Assembly (NCBI GenBank): GCA_017546805.1
Contig: JAFYRT010000028.1
Span: forward strand, 742-64,741
Direction of reading: 5' to 3'
DNA length: 64,000 bases
DNA from: Muribaculaceae bacterium
GTDB taxonomy: Bacteria; Bacteroidota; Bacteroidia; Bacteroidales; G3-4614
Shown: positions 30,954-40,220 of the stretch, one piece after another
How positions within the stretch are numbered: position 1 is the stretch's first letter
Layout: every line of letters starts with the position of its first letter
Position numbers and translations under genes: made by a program
Notes under the pieces: model-generated
Told to the model about the DNA's origin: nothing
Databases searched by the model: none
What the model saw: the letters and a program-made list of their open reading frames with translations, nothing else

Positions 30954-31691
30954 TTATTTCTTAATGTTGTTATCCTTTGGAGCTATGCCTCTTGAAACAA
31001 TATCGGCTATCTGTTCAACCGAGAAGCAATCTTCCAATCTCACCTTTCCTATACGGGTTCTTATCAATTCAGTAAGGTGTCCTCCGCTATCCAAAGCCAT
31101 TCCAATATCTCTTGCAAGCGAGCGGATATATGTGCCTTTTCCGCAAGCCACTCTTATTCTTATGGCTGTTTGAGAGAACTCCAAAAGCTCAATCTCGTCA
31201 ATTCTTATGACCTTAGCTTTAAGTTCAACCTCATCTCCCTTTCGCGCAAGTTTGTATGCTCTTTCTCCATCAATTTTAACTGCCGAGAATATTGGTGGAA
31301 CTTGTTCGATATCTCCAACAAACGAAGCCAATACCTCTTCAACTCTCTCTCGAGTGATATGCTCGGTTGGGAATGTTTGATCAACCTCTGTCTCCAAGTC
31401 AAACGATGGGGTGGTTGCACCCAAGGCAATAGTTGTAATATACTCTTTGTCCTCGCCTTGTAAACTTTCAATAAGTTTGGTGGCTTTGCCTGTGCAAATA
31501 GTCATCACCCCTGTGGCAAGAGGGTCGAGAGTGCCGGCATGTCCCACTTTGAATTTCTTAATTCCGTAATGTTGGTGTATATGTCCTCTTAGTTTCTTTA
31601 CAAGCTTGAACGAAGTCCAATGAAGAGGTTTGTTAAAATGAAGAACCTCTCCGCCTATAAAGTCAAAATCTCTATCAATCTCCTGTGCCAC
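30954..31691 (-). CDS. truB: tRNA pseudouridine(55) synthase
   Basis: 245 aa. Motif KVGHAGTLDPLATGV. Confidence 0.93.
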   Translation of the reverse strand: MAQEIDRDFDFIGGEVLHFNKPLHWTSFKLVKKLRGHIHQHYGIKKFKVGHAGTLDPLATGVMTICTGKATKLIESLQGEDKEYITTIALGATTPSFDLETEVDQTFPTEHITRERVEEVLASFVGDIEQVPPIFSAVKIDGERAYKLARKGDEVELKAKVIRIDEIELLEFSQTAIRIRVACGKGTYIRSLARDIGMALDSGGHLTELIRTRIGKVRLEDCFSVEQIADIVSRGIAPKDNNIKK

Positions 31692-31703
31692 TTTATGGGT
31701 ATA

Positions 31704-32549
31704 TTAAATAAATGAATAAATCAAAGTAAATACTCCTGCTGCAAGGCAGTAGTATGCAAAGTATATAAGTTTACCTTTTCTTACAATGGAAATCATCCAT
31801 TTGCAAGCAATGCAACCCGATATGAATGCTGCCAAAAAACCTACTATAAGAGCAGTGGCACTTATGCTGCCAAAAGCAGCGGCAACGCCCTCTTTCACCA
31901 TGTCAATGCTCTCTAAAAGAGCCTCACCTAAAATCGGAGGTATAACCATTAGGAATGAGAATTGAGCCATATTCTCCTTTTTATTGCCCAAAATAAGACC
32001 TGTTGCAATGGTTGTGCCCGAGCGAGATAACCCCGGAAGAACTGCAGCGGCTTGTCCCAGACCTATGATAAATGCGTCTTTCAATGAAATTCTATCTTTT
32101 TGGCGAGGTTTTGCGTAGTACGAAAATGCCAAAAGGGCAGCGGTGACCAACAAACAGCAACCAACAACAGTCAAACCCTCAAAAGCAGCTTCAACCACAT
32201 CTTTAAAGAATACACCTACAATACCAACAGGAATCATTGATATTATAATGGCAAGGGTATATTGTTGTTGAGTGTTGAGTTTTAATCCGCAACATTTAGT
32301 AGTCTCGCAGGTTGAATTGCAAGGGCATTGAAACAACCCCTTAAAAATCCATATAATCTCTTTGTATAATATAACTATTGTGCTCAATACGGTTGCAACG
32401 TGAAGCAAAACCGTAAAGGGAAGAATCTCTTCAGGGTCTGTGATTCCAACAAAATTTGACGCAATAGTCAAGTGCCCGCTACTGCTTATGGGCAGATACT
32501 CGGTGAATCCTTGTAATAATCCTAAAATTAAAGCCTCTAACCATTCCAT
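31704..32549 (-). CDS. uppP: Undecaprenyl-diphosphate phosphatase (BacA/UppP) with an unusual Cys-rich loop insertion
   Basis: 281 aa. Motifs [10 protein letters not shown] and PGLSRSG. Insert [15 protein letters not shown]. Confidence 0.92.
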   Translation of the reverse strand: MEWLEALILGLLQGFTEYLPISSSGHLTIASNFVGITDPEEILPFTVLLHVATVLSTIVILYKEIIWIFKGLFQCPCNSTCETTKCCGLKLNTQQQYTLAIIISMIPVGIVGVFFKDVVEAAFEGLTVVGCCLLVTAALLAFSYYAKPRQKDRISLKDAFIIGLGQAAAVLPGLSRSGTTIATGLILGNKKENMAQFSFLMVIPPILGEALLESIDMVKEGVAAAFGSISATALIVGFLAAFISGCIACKWMISIVRKGKLIYFAYYCLAAGVFTLIYSFI

Positions 32550-32806
32550 TATTTAACCTCCTTTTTTCCTTTATACATTATTGCAAATACAATAGCCACA
32601 AAACCAATAAAAGATATTGTGGGACCAAAAACTATACGTCTCCAACTGAAAATATCAGGGTTGTAGCTGTCGGGGGTAGAACTTCCGCCCGCCATAAGGG
32701 CGAATCCTATGATAACAAGACCAAATGCAATGGCAATAAGAATGTAGTTTATCTTCCCCAAAGCAAAAGTGCTTACATCGTTATTTTCACTGTTTTTATT
32801 TATCAT
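32549..32806 (-). CDS. Small two-TM membrane protein (DUF3098-like), partner of FtsX in Bacteroidota
   Basis: 85 aa with two hydrophobic helices. It lies directly downstream of ftsX, and its stop/start junction overlaps uppP. Confidence 0.6.
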   Translation of the reverse strand: MINKNSENNDVSTFALGKINYILIAIAFGLVIIGFALMAGGSSTPDSYNPDIFSWRRIVFGPTISFIGFVAIVFAIMYKGKKEVK

Positions 32807-32824
32807 ATTGTTTTAAATTTGTTT

Positions 32825-33706
32825 TTACATATAATAAAGATCATCCCTATCCATAGAGATATATCGGTTAATGGCAAAGAATGCCGATATGGATGTAAGA
32901 ATCACACCTAAAATCAGAACCACACCAAAAATTTGAATGAGGGTGAAGAAATTTATCAAAATCGCAAGATTTTCAAACTCGCTAACCAAGTAGTATGCAC
33001 AACCCGATAGGAGAGCAATTGCAATTATGGCAGCAACAATTCCCTCAACAACATTACGGACAATAAACGGACGTCTGATAAATCCGGGGGTAGCACCCAC
33101 AAGCTTCATTGTGTGAATAAGGAAGCGTCTTGAATATGCCATTAATCGAATGGTATTGCTAATGAGGGCAAATGAGATAATCATTAGAATTACCGATATC
33201 GAGAGCAATATTATCTCAGCCTTGCGAAGGTTGTCGTTAATAACCTGTATAACATCTTTTTGGCAGATAACCTCCGAAACAACCTCTCTGTGTTCTTTTA
33301 TTTTAGCCTCAATCCAAGCAAGCGAATCGGTCGAAGCATATTCTGCCAAAAGTTTAATCTCTATGGACGATTGCAAAGGATTAAAACCTAATAAATCTTT
33401 GGGGCTCTCTCCGAGTTCGAGTTCCAGCTCTTTAAGAGCATCCTCTTTTGAAATAAACTGTACGGCTTTAACATATGGCGCTTTATCCAACTCCTTCTTT
33501 ACCGATTCAATGCCACGTTTCGAAGCAGAATCTTTTATTACAATGGTAAAGCCCATGTTCTCTTTAATATGTTTTGTAAGTTGAGTTCCCAATATCGATA
33601 GCGATACAACAATTCCCAATAAAAACAGTACGAGCGAAATACTGATAATTGATGTTACTCTGGCGTTTAAGAACGAGATATGTTGCTTGTTGTTTTCTTG
33701 TCCCAT
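32825..33706 (-). CDS. ftsX: Cell division permease FtsX-like protein
   Basis: 293 aa. One N-terminal TM, a periplasmic domain and three C-terminal TMs. Motif MKLVGATPGFIRRPF. Confidence 0.8.
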   Translation of the reverse strand: MGQENNKQHISFLNARVTSIISISLVLFLLGIVVSLSILGTQLTKHIKENMGFTIVIKDSASKRGIESVKKELDKAPYVKAVQFISKEDALKELELELGESPKDLLGFNPLQSSIEIKLLAEYASTDSLAWIEAKIKEHREVVSEVICQKDVIQVINDNLRKAEIILLSISVILMIISFALISNTIRLMAYSRRFLIHTMKLVGATPGFIRRPFIVRNVVEGIVAAIIAIALLSGCAYYLVSEFENLAILINFFTLIQIFGVVLILGVILTSISAFFAINRYISMDRDDLYYM

Positions 33707-33967
33707 TTTTGACTATAATAGAAATAAATTACGCGATAGGGCATACTTACCCAAATCTTTTGCAAAAATAGAAAATAATTGCGTTTTTTCTTCAAAATAA
33801 TCGAATAAAATTAAACCGTCCACTTGGTTTTAAGCAATAAAGAGGCTGACAAAAAAGCTCTTTTGTCGTTATGCTTGTCTCCAAAATCCTCATTTACGAT
33901 TAGTAAACTGCGGTTTTTGAGTCTTCGCAGGCCTAAAATAGCTCTTTTTATTCAACCCTTAAACAAG

Positions 33968-34002
33968 AGAGGGTGCCCCGTTTCCCTTTTGGAGCACCCT
34001 CT
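33968..34002 (-). terminator. Candidate terminator after the last gene of the T9SS cargo array
   Basis: agagggtgc / gcaccctct is a 9-bp stem with a 17-nt loop. On the minus strand it is followed by cttgttt. Confidence 0.5.
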
Positions 34003-34026
34003 TACTATTTTATCTTCAGCAGTAAA

Positions 34027-35106
34027 TTAATCACAAATTACCTTTATAACCTCATCGTTTACTTTTACAATCAATACCCCTTTCGTGTTTGAAGGAAGGG
34101 TAATTTGGGTAGATGTTGCACCATTTGCGTTAGTTGAAGTTATAACTTTACCCATTGCATCATACACTACTACTGAATCTATGCCCTCTGTGTTTTCGAT
34201 GTTCAATATTTTGTTTTGTACAAATGCTTTGGTTTTGCTTTCAGTAATATTGTTCTCCTCAACTCCCTGTATAACTGATTCAGGGTCAACACCCTCTCCA
34301 AAGACAAAGGGTTGAATTTCTGTACCTATCGACATTCCGTTGTAATATCCCTCCTCTTGCAATTGAATCACCTTATGCATTGTGGCTTTTATTGTTCCTT
34401 TATCTGCCTTCATAAAGCCATCTGCATCAACCGTGCAACCCTCTTTAAAATCCCAATAGCCAAGTAGTGATGCATCTCTTAACAAGGGTGAGGTCATACT
34501 CTTAATAACCTGTGCTTGCGATAAAGCCTTATTATATATCTGAACTTTATCAATATACGCATTTAATGGAGCGAAAAGCCATACATCACCTCCTATCATA
34601 ATATTGTAATTACTCTTTAATACATATGTGTGCCAACCATCAAGTTTATACATTGGCACACCGTCCACATAAATAAACATTACTCTATCTGAAGAATAAT
34701 CGAAAACATATGTAAAATATACCCATTCATTCGACTTAAGAGTAAATGAGTCCTGTATTAAATATGCAAAATCAGGTGTTCCCGATGAGTTTCTAATTTG
34801 GGCATAAAGAATTTCTCCCGGATCTACAGTTGAGGTCATCCATCCCCTATCGCACAAAGGCCATCCTTCGTTAATATCCCTAATATCCAATAAAGAAGTA
34901 GCAATTTCTGAATGTTTGAACTCTTTAACATTTATCCAAAAAGATATTGAAAACTTTTGATGAGCTGTAAATTGTAATTGATTCATTGGGATAACAAAGG
35001 AATTCTTATTTAAGTCAATTCCTTGGGGTTGATTATCATTTGCTCTAACTGATAATATAGAAAATATCATTAAAGATATTAGTAAATGTAATTTAAATGT
35101 TTTCAT
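34027..35106 (-). CDS. LamG-like T9SS cargo protein, paralog E
   Basis: 359 aa. Leader MKTFKLHLLISLMIFSILSVRA. LamG_3-like PLNAYIDKVQIYNKALSQAQV. C-terminal VVVYDAMGKVITSTNANGATSTQITLPSNTKGVLIVKVNDEVIKVICD. Confidence 0.7.
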   Translation of the reverse strand: MKTFKLHLLISLMIFSILSVRANDNQPQGIDLNKNSFVIPMNQLQFTAHQKFSISFWINVKEFKHSEIATSLLDIRDINEGWPLCDRGWMTSTVDPGEILYAQIRNSSGTPDFAYLIQDSFTLKSNEWVYFTYVFDYSSDRVMFIYVDGVPMYKLDGWHTYVLKSNYNIMIGGDVWLFAPLNAYIDKVQIYNKALSQAQVIKSMTSPLLRDASLLGYWDFKEGCTVDADGFMKADKGTIKATMHKVIQLQEEGYYNGMSIGTEIQPFVFGEGVDPESVIQGVEENNITESKTKAFVQNKILNIENTEGIDSVVVYDAMGKVITSTNANGATSTQITLPSNTKGVLIVKVNDEVIKVICD

Positions 35107-35113
35107 GATTTAT

Positions 35114-35210
35114 CTATTTTACTATAATTTTTTGTGCATTTATATTTTCATTAATAATGACCGCAATAATATACATTCCAGGAGTAAGCGAATATTGATA
35201 AATCTCTCCG
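35114..35210 (-). pseudogene. Remnant of the 3' end of a gene like 36320-38815
   Basis: Aligns with 36320-~36420, including the stop codon and the identical 7-nt spacer gatttat before the next ATG. The rc encodes ...YSLTPGMYIIAVIINENINAQKIIVK*. A 2-nt length difference near ggcggaga breaks the frame upstream. Confidence 0.75.
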
Positions 35211-35241
35211 CCATTTTTAGTTGCATTTACACAATAATGCC

Positions 35242-36312
35242 TTAATCACAAATTACCTTTATAACGTCATCGTTTACTTTCAAAATTAGTACTCCTTTCG
35301 TATTTGAAGGAAGTGTAATTTGAGCAGATGTTGCACCATTTGCATTATCTGTGGTTATTACTCTACCCATTGCATCGTAAACTACTACCGAATTTATGCC
35401 TTCTGTATTTTCAATGTTTAACCTTTCATTCGAAACAAATGCTTTGGTTTTGCTTTCTGTAATATTGTTCTCCTCAACTCCCTGTATAACTGATTCGGGG
35501 TCTACACCCTCTCCAAAAACAAAGGGTTGAACTTCTGTACCTATGGAAACTATACTACTTGTTAAAATTTTATACATGGTAGCCTTTACTGAGCCTTTAT
35601 CTGCCTTCATAAAACCATCTGCATCGGTAGTGCATCCATCTTCAAAATTCCAATATCCAAGCAGTGATGCATCTCTTAACAAAGGTGCTGTCATAATCTT
35701 AATAATACTTGCTTGAGATAAGGCCTTTTTATATAATTGGACCTTATCAATATATGCACTTAATGGAGAACGTAACGATGATATTCCTCCTATCATAATG
35801 ATATTTTTTTCGGTCCATGAGTATGTATCATACGTTCCTTTTACCTCATATACAGGAGATCCATTCATATATAACGTAAGCTTCCTATTTTCATCATAAT
35901 CAAACACAAAAGAGAAGTTAAGCCACTCTTCTTTTGTAAAATCGAATGATGATAACTTTTCTGCATTAAATCCTGATGATCCAGACGACCTAACAGTCAT
36001 ATTAAGAATATTTTTAGAATCGTTAGGTTCTACAAATGCCCACATCCAACCGTAATCACTCATTACATAAGGGTCCTCCGGATTGCGAATACTCACAAAT
36101 AGGGTACCATAATCTGAATGGTCAAACTCTTTTACTTTTACCCAAAATGAAAGAGTAAATGGTGATTGATTATTAAAATTAAGTTGCTCAACAGGTATTC
36201 CAAAGGCATACTCTCCAAGGTCTATTCCTTGGGGTTGATTATCATCTGCTCTAACTGATAATATAGGAAATATCATTAAGGATATTAGTAAATGTAATTT
36301 AAATGTTTTCAT
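35242..36312 (-). CDS. LamG-like T9SS cargo protein, paralog D
   Basis: 356 aa. It has the same leader and C-terminal half as E and B, with a divergent core. Motif LTLYMNG...IIMIGG...PLSAYIDKVQLYKKALSQASI. Confidence 0.7.
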   Translation of the reverse strand: MKTFKLHLLISLMIFPILSVRADDNQPQGIDLGEYAFGIPVEQLNFNNQSPFTLSFWVKVKEFDHSDYGTLFVSIRNPEDPYVMSDYGWMWAFVEPNDSKNILNMTVRSSGSSGFNAEKLSSFDFTKEEWLNFSFVFDYDENRKLTLYMNGSPVYEVKGTYDTYSWTEKNIIMIGGISSLRSPLSAYIDKVQLYKKALSQASIIKIMTAPLLRDASLLGYWNFEDGCTTDADGFMKADKGSVKATMYKILTSSIVSIGTEVQPFVFGEGVDPESVIQGVEENNITESKTKAFVSNERLNIENTEGINSVVVYDAMGRVITTDNANGATSAQITLPSNTKGVLILKVNDDVIKVICD

Positions 36313-36319
36313 GATTTAT

Positions 36320-38815
36320 CTATTTTACTATAATTTTTTGTGCATTTATATTTCCATCTATTATTACTGCAATAATATACATTCCAGGAGTAAGCGAATA
36401 TCGATAAATTTCTTCGCCTGCTTGATGAAAAGATTCTGGCAATAATAATAAGTCTTGCGCTGTTTGCAAATTTACAGCTTTTATGCAGTATGTACTTGTT
36501 TTGTCTATTCCCACTGCCACCGTTATACCACCATTGTTTGTATATATCTTAACTTTATCTTCATTACTTCGTATTTTACCTGTTTGAGGTAAAGTTTCTA
36601 TACTTTCATCTTGTAGCATAGTCTTAATAAATAGGCGAACATTTCCCCAAGATGTTCTTACAATATTCCCCTCTAATGGAGCATTCATTATTTTATCCCA
36701 TACTTCTTTTGCTCTTGTTCCTTCAACTGATGATATATCTTTTATCAATACAGCTGCAAAATAGTCTCCCTCATCAAATTTTTTATATACCTTATATTCC
36801 TCTCCAGGATTTGACAATATATAATCTACTAAACAAGGATAAACAATTGAGTCTTTATAAAATTCAATATTGCTATAATATGAATTTTCTTTTATATATT
36901 TTTTCCATTGACTATAATATTGTTCAAATTTATCTTGTCTATATGTTGTAATTATACTTTGAGAAAGAATTGTTTTTTCTTCTGCTGTAAGTTGTGTATC
37001 TTCAATTATCATTTCTCCTTCTGCAATAGATGAATAAAGCATTCCCTCGTACGAATATTCAACATTCTCTTGCCCTGGAGCTAACCTATAATGATATAAG
37101 ATTTTCCCATATGTAGGTCCTTCTAATGCATCTCTAGGATGAAAAAACCTATAAAAGTATGCATCTTTACTTTCCCAATCATATCCATTAGGTATTCCGC
37201 TATATGGATTTCTTACAGATGCATGTCTTATGATTGTATCATTATCTTCTGTTATATCTCCCCATAAATCAATAACTGCATTTTCATATGTAGCACCATC
37301 TCTGATATAAACAGGAGATCTAGGAGGTCTTCTTGTTTTACCATACATATTATAAAAATCCCTATTTCTATACAATAAATCGAAGTCTTCTATGCTCAAT
37401 CCAGCTAAATGATTATACATAATTCCTGCACTCCATGCATAACAATTATAAGACATATTGCATTTCCCTGATTCTATCGCATCTTCATATTTTAATTTAG
37501 GGAATCTATCCTTAAAGCCTGAATAAACCAAAGTATCAATATTATTCCAATATGAATGATATAATACACATGCGTCAACATTTGTGCGATGAATATAAGG
37601 CAGAGAAGAACAAGTTGTAATAAAATATTGCTTTGTTGAATCCAACTTCGTTCTTATGCGTGCATTCTTCTTCCAATCAAAAGTTGTTTCTACATTGTTG
37701 TCATCATTATAAGCAACTATAATACTACTTGTATCTTGTCCCGTAATAACTCTTTGCTTTAAATACAAAATAGGGTCTGGAGTATGAGTAATTGTATCAG
37801 TATACAGATGATTAGTTGTAAACATGTTAAAAATACTATCTTGAGAAGAGATAAATATATTATTTGCTTCATCTTTTCTTTTTACTTCTACTGTCATATT
37901 AGGATACATGTAACAATGTTGATAAATAACATCATTTACTATAATAGTTGCGAATCCACTCATATATGAAGATTTTGGCTCTAATATTAAACAATATTCT
38001 CCTTCTGTTGGCAATCTATTATCTAAACAAAAAAAGTGATGATTTTCTGTATAAAAACTTTTTGAATAAACCGACGGATCTGATTTATAAAATAAATATG
38101 CATTATAATCTATTGTACTTTCATATTGGTCGTTTAAATTCGATGAAATCGGAGCGATCAGATCTACAATTAATGGCAATCTCTCCCCTGTGTTTGGATC
38201 TATCTTATGGGTAATATATAAATCTATAATTGGCGTATATACATATTTTATTAAGCTTTCAATTCCAGGACGATATAATGGTTCATTTGGATCTATGTAA
38301 ATATATCTATTAGAATCAATATAATTTAAATTATATTCGTGCTCATTCTCATTAATTACCTCTTCCACATTTGAAGTTGTGCTCATTAAATTATGAATAA
38401 AAGGATTTGTTGTATTGTCGTCCAATATATTTACTTCTTTTATTTGTGGAACATCATCTCTTCCTGATATAAATTGAACGATATTATCTCCTGCATTAAG
38501 ATTTACAAAATCTCCTCTTAAAGAGATAAATTGCCACCCATAAGTACTGAAAAAAATAGGTTCTACTCTCCGAATTCCATTTACACTAATTGTTAATGTC
38601 GTAAACGTCCCATCTGGATATTCTCCCGGCATTATTAAAAAAGACAAATAACACATTTGAGGCTCAGGAGATGTTACAATAAATGTTGCGACTCCTCTTC
38701 CACTAATAGAAGTACAGCCTACATACTTAGAGGTTACTTGATTGTTTGATGCATATATCTCTAATGTAAAAATCAGAGATAGTAGCATTGCTAATAATGT
38801 GTAAAATTTTTTCAT
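36320..38815 (-). CDS. Large AT-rich secreted protein of unknown function with a T9SS-like C-terminal tail
   Basis: ORF 36320..38887. I prefer the internal Met, which gives signal peptide MKKFYTLLAMLLSLIFTLEIYA. The C-terminus YRYSLTPGMYIIAVIIDGNINAQKIIVK is CTD-like. An internal NCYAWSAG ... IIRHASV resembles a papain-like Cys/His pair. The composition is visibly more AT-rich than flanking genes. Confidence 0.7.
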   Translation of the reverse strand: MKKFYTLLAMLLSLIFTLEIYASNNQVTSKYVGCTSISGRGVATFIVTSPEPQMCYLSFLIMPGEYPDGTFTTLTISVNGIRRVEPIFFSTYGWQFISLRGDFVNLNAGDNIVQFISGRDDVPQIKEVNILDDNTTNPFIHNLMSTTSNVEEVINENEHEYNLNYIDSNRYIYIDPNEPLYRPGIESLIKYVYTPIIDLYITHKIDPNTGERLPLIVDLIAPISSNLNDQYESTIDYNAYLFYKSDPSVYSKSFYTENHHFFCLDNRLPTEGEYCLILEPKSSYMSGFATIIVNDVIYQHCYMYPNMTVEVKRKDEANNIFISSQDSIFNMFTTNHLYTDTITHTPDPILYLKQRVITGQDTSSIIVAYNDDNNVETTFDWKKNARIRTKLDSTKQYFITTCSSLPYIHRTNVDACVLYHSYWNNIDTLVYSGFKDRFPKLKYEDAIESGKCNMSYNCYAWSAGIMYNHLAGLSIEDFDLLYRNRDFYNMYGKTRRPPRSPVYIRDGATYENAVIDLWGDITEDNDTIIRHASVRNPYSGIPNGYDWESKDAYFYRFFHPRDALEGPTYGKILYHYRLAPGQENVEYSYEGMLYSSIAEGEMIIEDTQLTAEEKTILSQSIITTYRQDKFEQYYSQWKKYIKENSYYSNIEFYKDSIVYPCLVDYILSNPGEEYKVYKKFDEGDYFAAVLIKDISSVEGTRAKEVWDKIMNAPLEGNIVRTSWGNVRLFIKTMLQDESIETLPQTGKIRSNEDKVKIYTNNGGITVAVGIDKTSTYCIKAVNLQTAQDLLLLPESFHQAGEEIYRYSLTPGMYIIAVIIDGNINAQKIIVK

Positions 38816-38978
38816 AATACCCTCCTTTTTTATAAAGAAAATTAATTTTGCATTAAAGATAAATTTAATACATTGAAATTCAAACACATTCCCATATATT
38901 TAGCATTTTTTAACATATGGAGGTAAGATAATGAGCTGAGCCCTGCTCATTACCTAAAGACTAAATATATATCCTAAT

Positions 38979-40085
38979 TTAATCACAAATTACCTTTATA
39001 ACCTCATCGTTTACTTTTGCAATCAATACCCCTTTCGTGTTTGAAGGAAGGGTAATTTGAGTAGAAGTTGCGCCATTTGCGTTAGTTGAAGTCATAACTT
39101 TACCCATTGCATCATACACTACTACTGAATCTATGCCCTCTGCATTTTCGATGTTCAATATTTTGTTTTGTACAAATGCTTTGGTTTTGCTTTCAGTAAT
39201 ATTGTTCTCCTCAACTCCCTGTATAACTGATTCAGGATTTACCCCCATCCCAAAAGTGAATGGTTGAACTTCAGTACCTATTGATTCTTCATAACTATTG
39301 CTTAATATTTTATACATAGTGGCTTTAATTGTTCCTTTATCTGCCTTCATAAAACCATCTGCATCAGTCATACATCCATCTTCAAAATCCCAATAGCCAA
39401 GTAGTGATGCATCTCTTATCAAAGGAGCGCTCATACTCTTAATAACCTGTGCTTGAGATAAAGCTTTGTTATATAATTGAACTTTGTCAATATATGCATT
39501 TAATGGAGAACGATTATATGCAGGTCCACCTATCATAATTATTGAACCTGCTGGTCTTGGCATCAAAAAAGTATCGCCATACAAAGATTCAAATTTTAGA
39601 GTCTGTTTCCCATTTACATATACAAACAGTTGTGCTTTATTGGTAATGTAGTATTGAAATGAAATATGAACCCATTCCCCAGGATAAAATTTATATTCTT
39701 CAATATGCTTTAAATAAGTAAACCAAGAGCCAATATTCTCAAAAACATAGAAAGTCATCATATCATCACCCAATTTATTGTCATACATATCGTATGCTTC
39801 TCCTATAGTTGAATGAATATATGGGAAATCACACCAAATCCAATTGCCGTTAGGATTGCGAATATTAATAAATTGAGTACCGAGTTCGCGGTGATTAAAC
39901 TCTTTGATATTTAACCAAAATGAAAGAGTAAATGGTGATTGATTATTAAAATTAAGTTGCTCAACAGGTATTCCAAAGGCATACTCTCCGAGGTCTATTC
40001 CTTGGGGTTGTTCATTATTTGCTCTAACTGATAATATAGGAAATATCATTAAAGATATTAGTAAATGTAATTTAAATGTTTTCAT
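38979..40085 (-). CDS. LamG-like T9SS cargo protein, paralog B
   Basis: 368 aa. Leader MKTFKLHLLISLMIFPILSVRA. Motif PLNAYIDKVQLYNKALSQAQV. The C-terminal ~140 aa are nearly identical to E. Confidence 0.7.
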   Translation of the reverse strand: MKTFKLHLLISLMIFPILSVRANNEQPQGIDLGEYAFGIPVEQLNFNNQSPFTLSFWLNIKEFNHRELGTQFINIRNPNGNWIWCDFPYIHSTIGEAYDMYDNKLGDDMMTFYVFENIGSWFTYLKHIEEYKFYPGEWVHISFQYYITNKAQLFVYVNGKQTLKFESLYGDTFLMPRPAGSIIMIGGPAYNRSPLNAYIDKVQLYNKALSQAQVIKSMSAPLIRDASLLGYWDFEDGCMTDADGFMKADKGTIKATMYKILSNSYEESIGTEVQPFTFGMGVNPESVIQGVEENNITESKTKAFVQNKILNIENAEGIDSVVVYDAMGKVMTSTNANGATSTQITLPSNTKGVLIAKVNDEVIKVICD

Positions 40086-40092
40086 GATTTAT

Positions 40093-40191
40093 CTATTTTA
40101 CTATAATTTTTTGTGCATTTATATTTCCATCTATTATTACCGCAACAATATACATTCTAGGAGTGAGTGAATATTGATAAATCTCCCCGCC
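40093..40191 (-). pseudogene. Second remnant of the 3' end of a gene like 36320-38815
   Basis: Same junction (stop, gatttat, ATG) and the same ~100 nt as 36320-36420 and 35114-35210. The rc encodes ...TPRMYIVAVIIDGNINAQKIIVK*. Confidence 0.75.
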
Positions 40192-40220
40192 ATTTTTAGT
40201 TGCATTTACACAATAATGCC

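Noticed and set aside
33824-34030. 68 aa plus-strand ORF in the ftsX / array intergenic region.
   Set aside because: It overlaps the terminator hairpin of the array and has no promoter motif or recognisable domain. It is probably non-coding.
38816-38887. N-terminal extensions of ORFs as listed. Examples: 38816-38887, 29393-29473, 19890-19931, 45255-45278, 48451-48462, 56523-56525, 57558-57578 and 59263-59298.
   Set aside because: These extensions begin at non-ATG codons or precede a much better start (signal peptide or conserved N-terminus). Several would create overlaps with neighbouring genes, so I trimmed to internal ATG codons.
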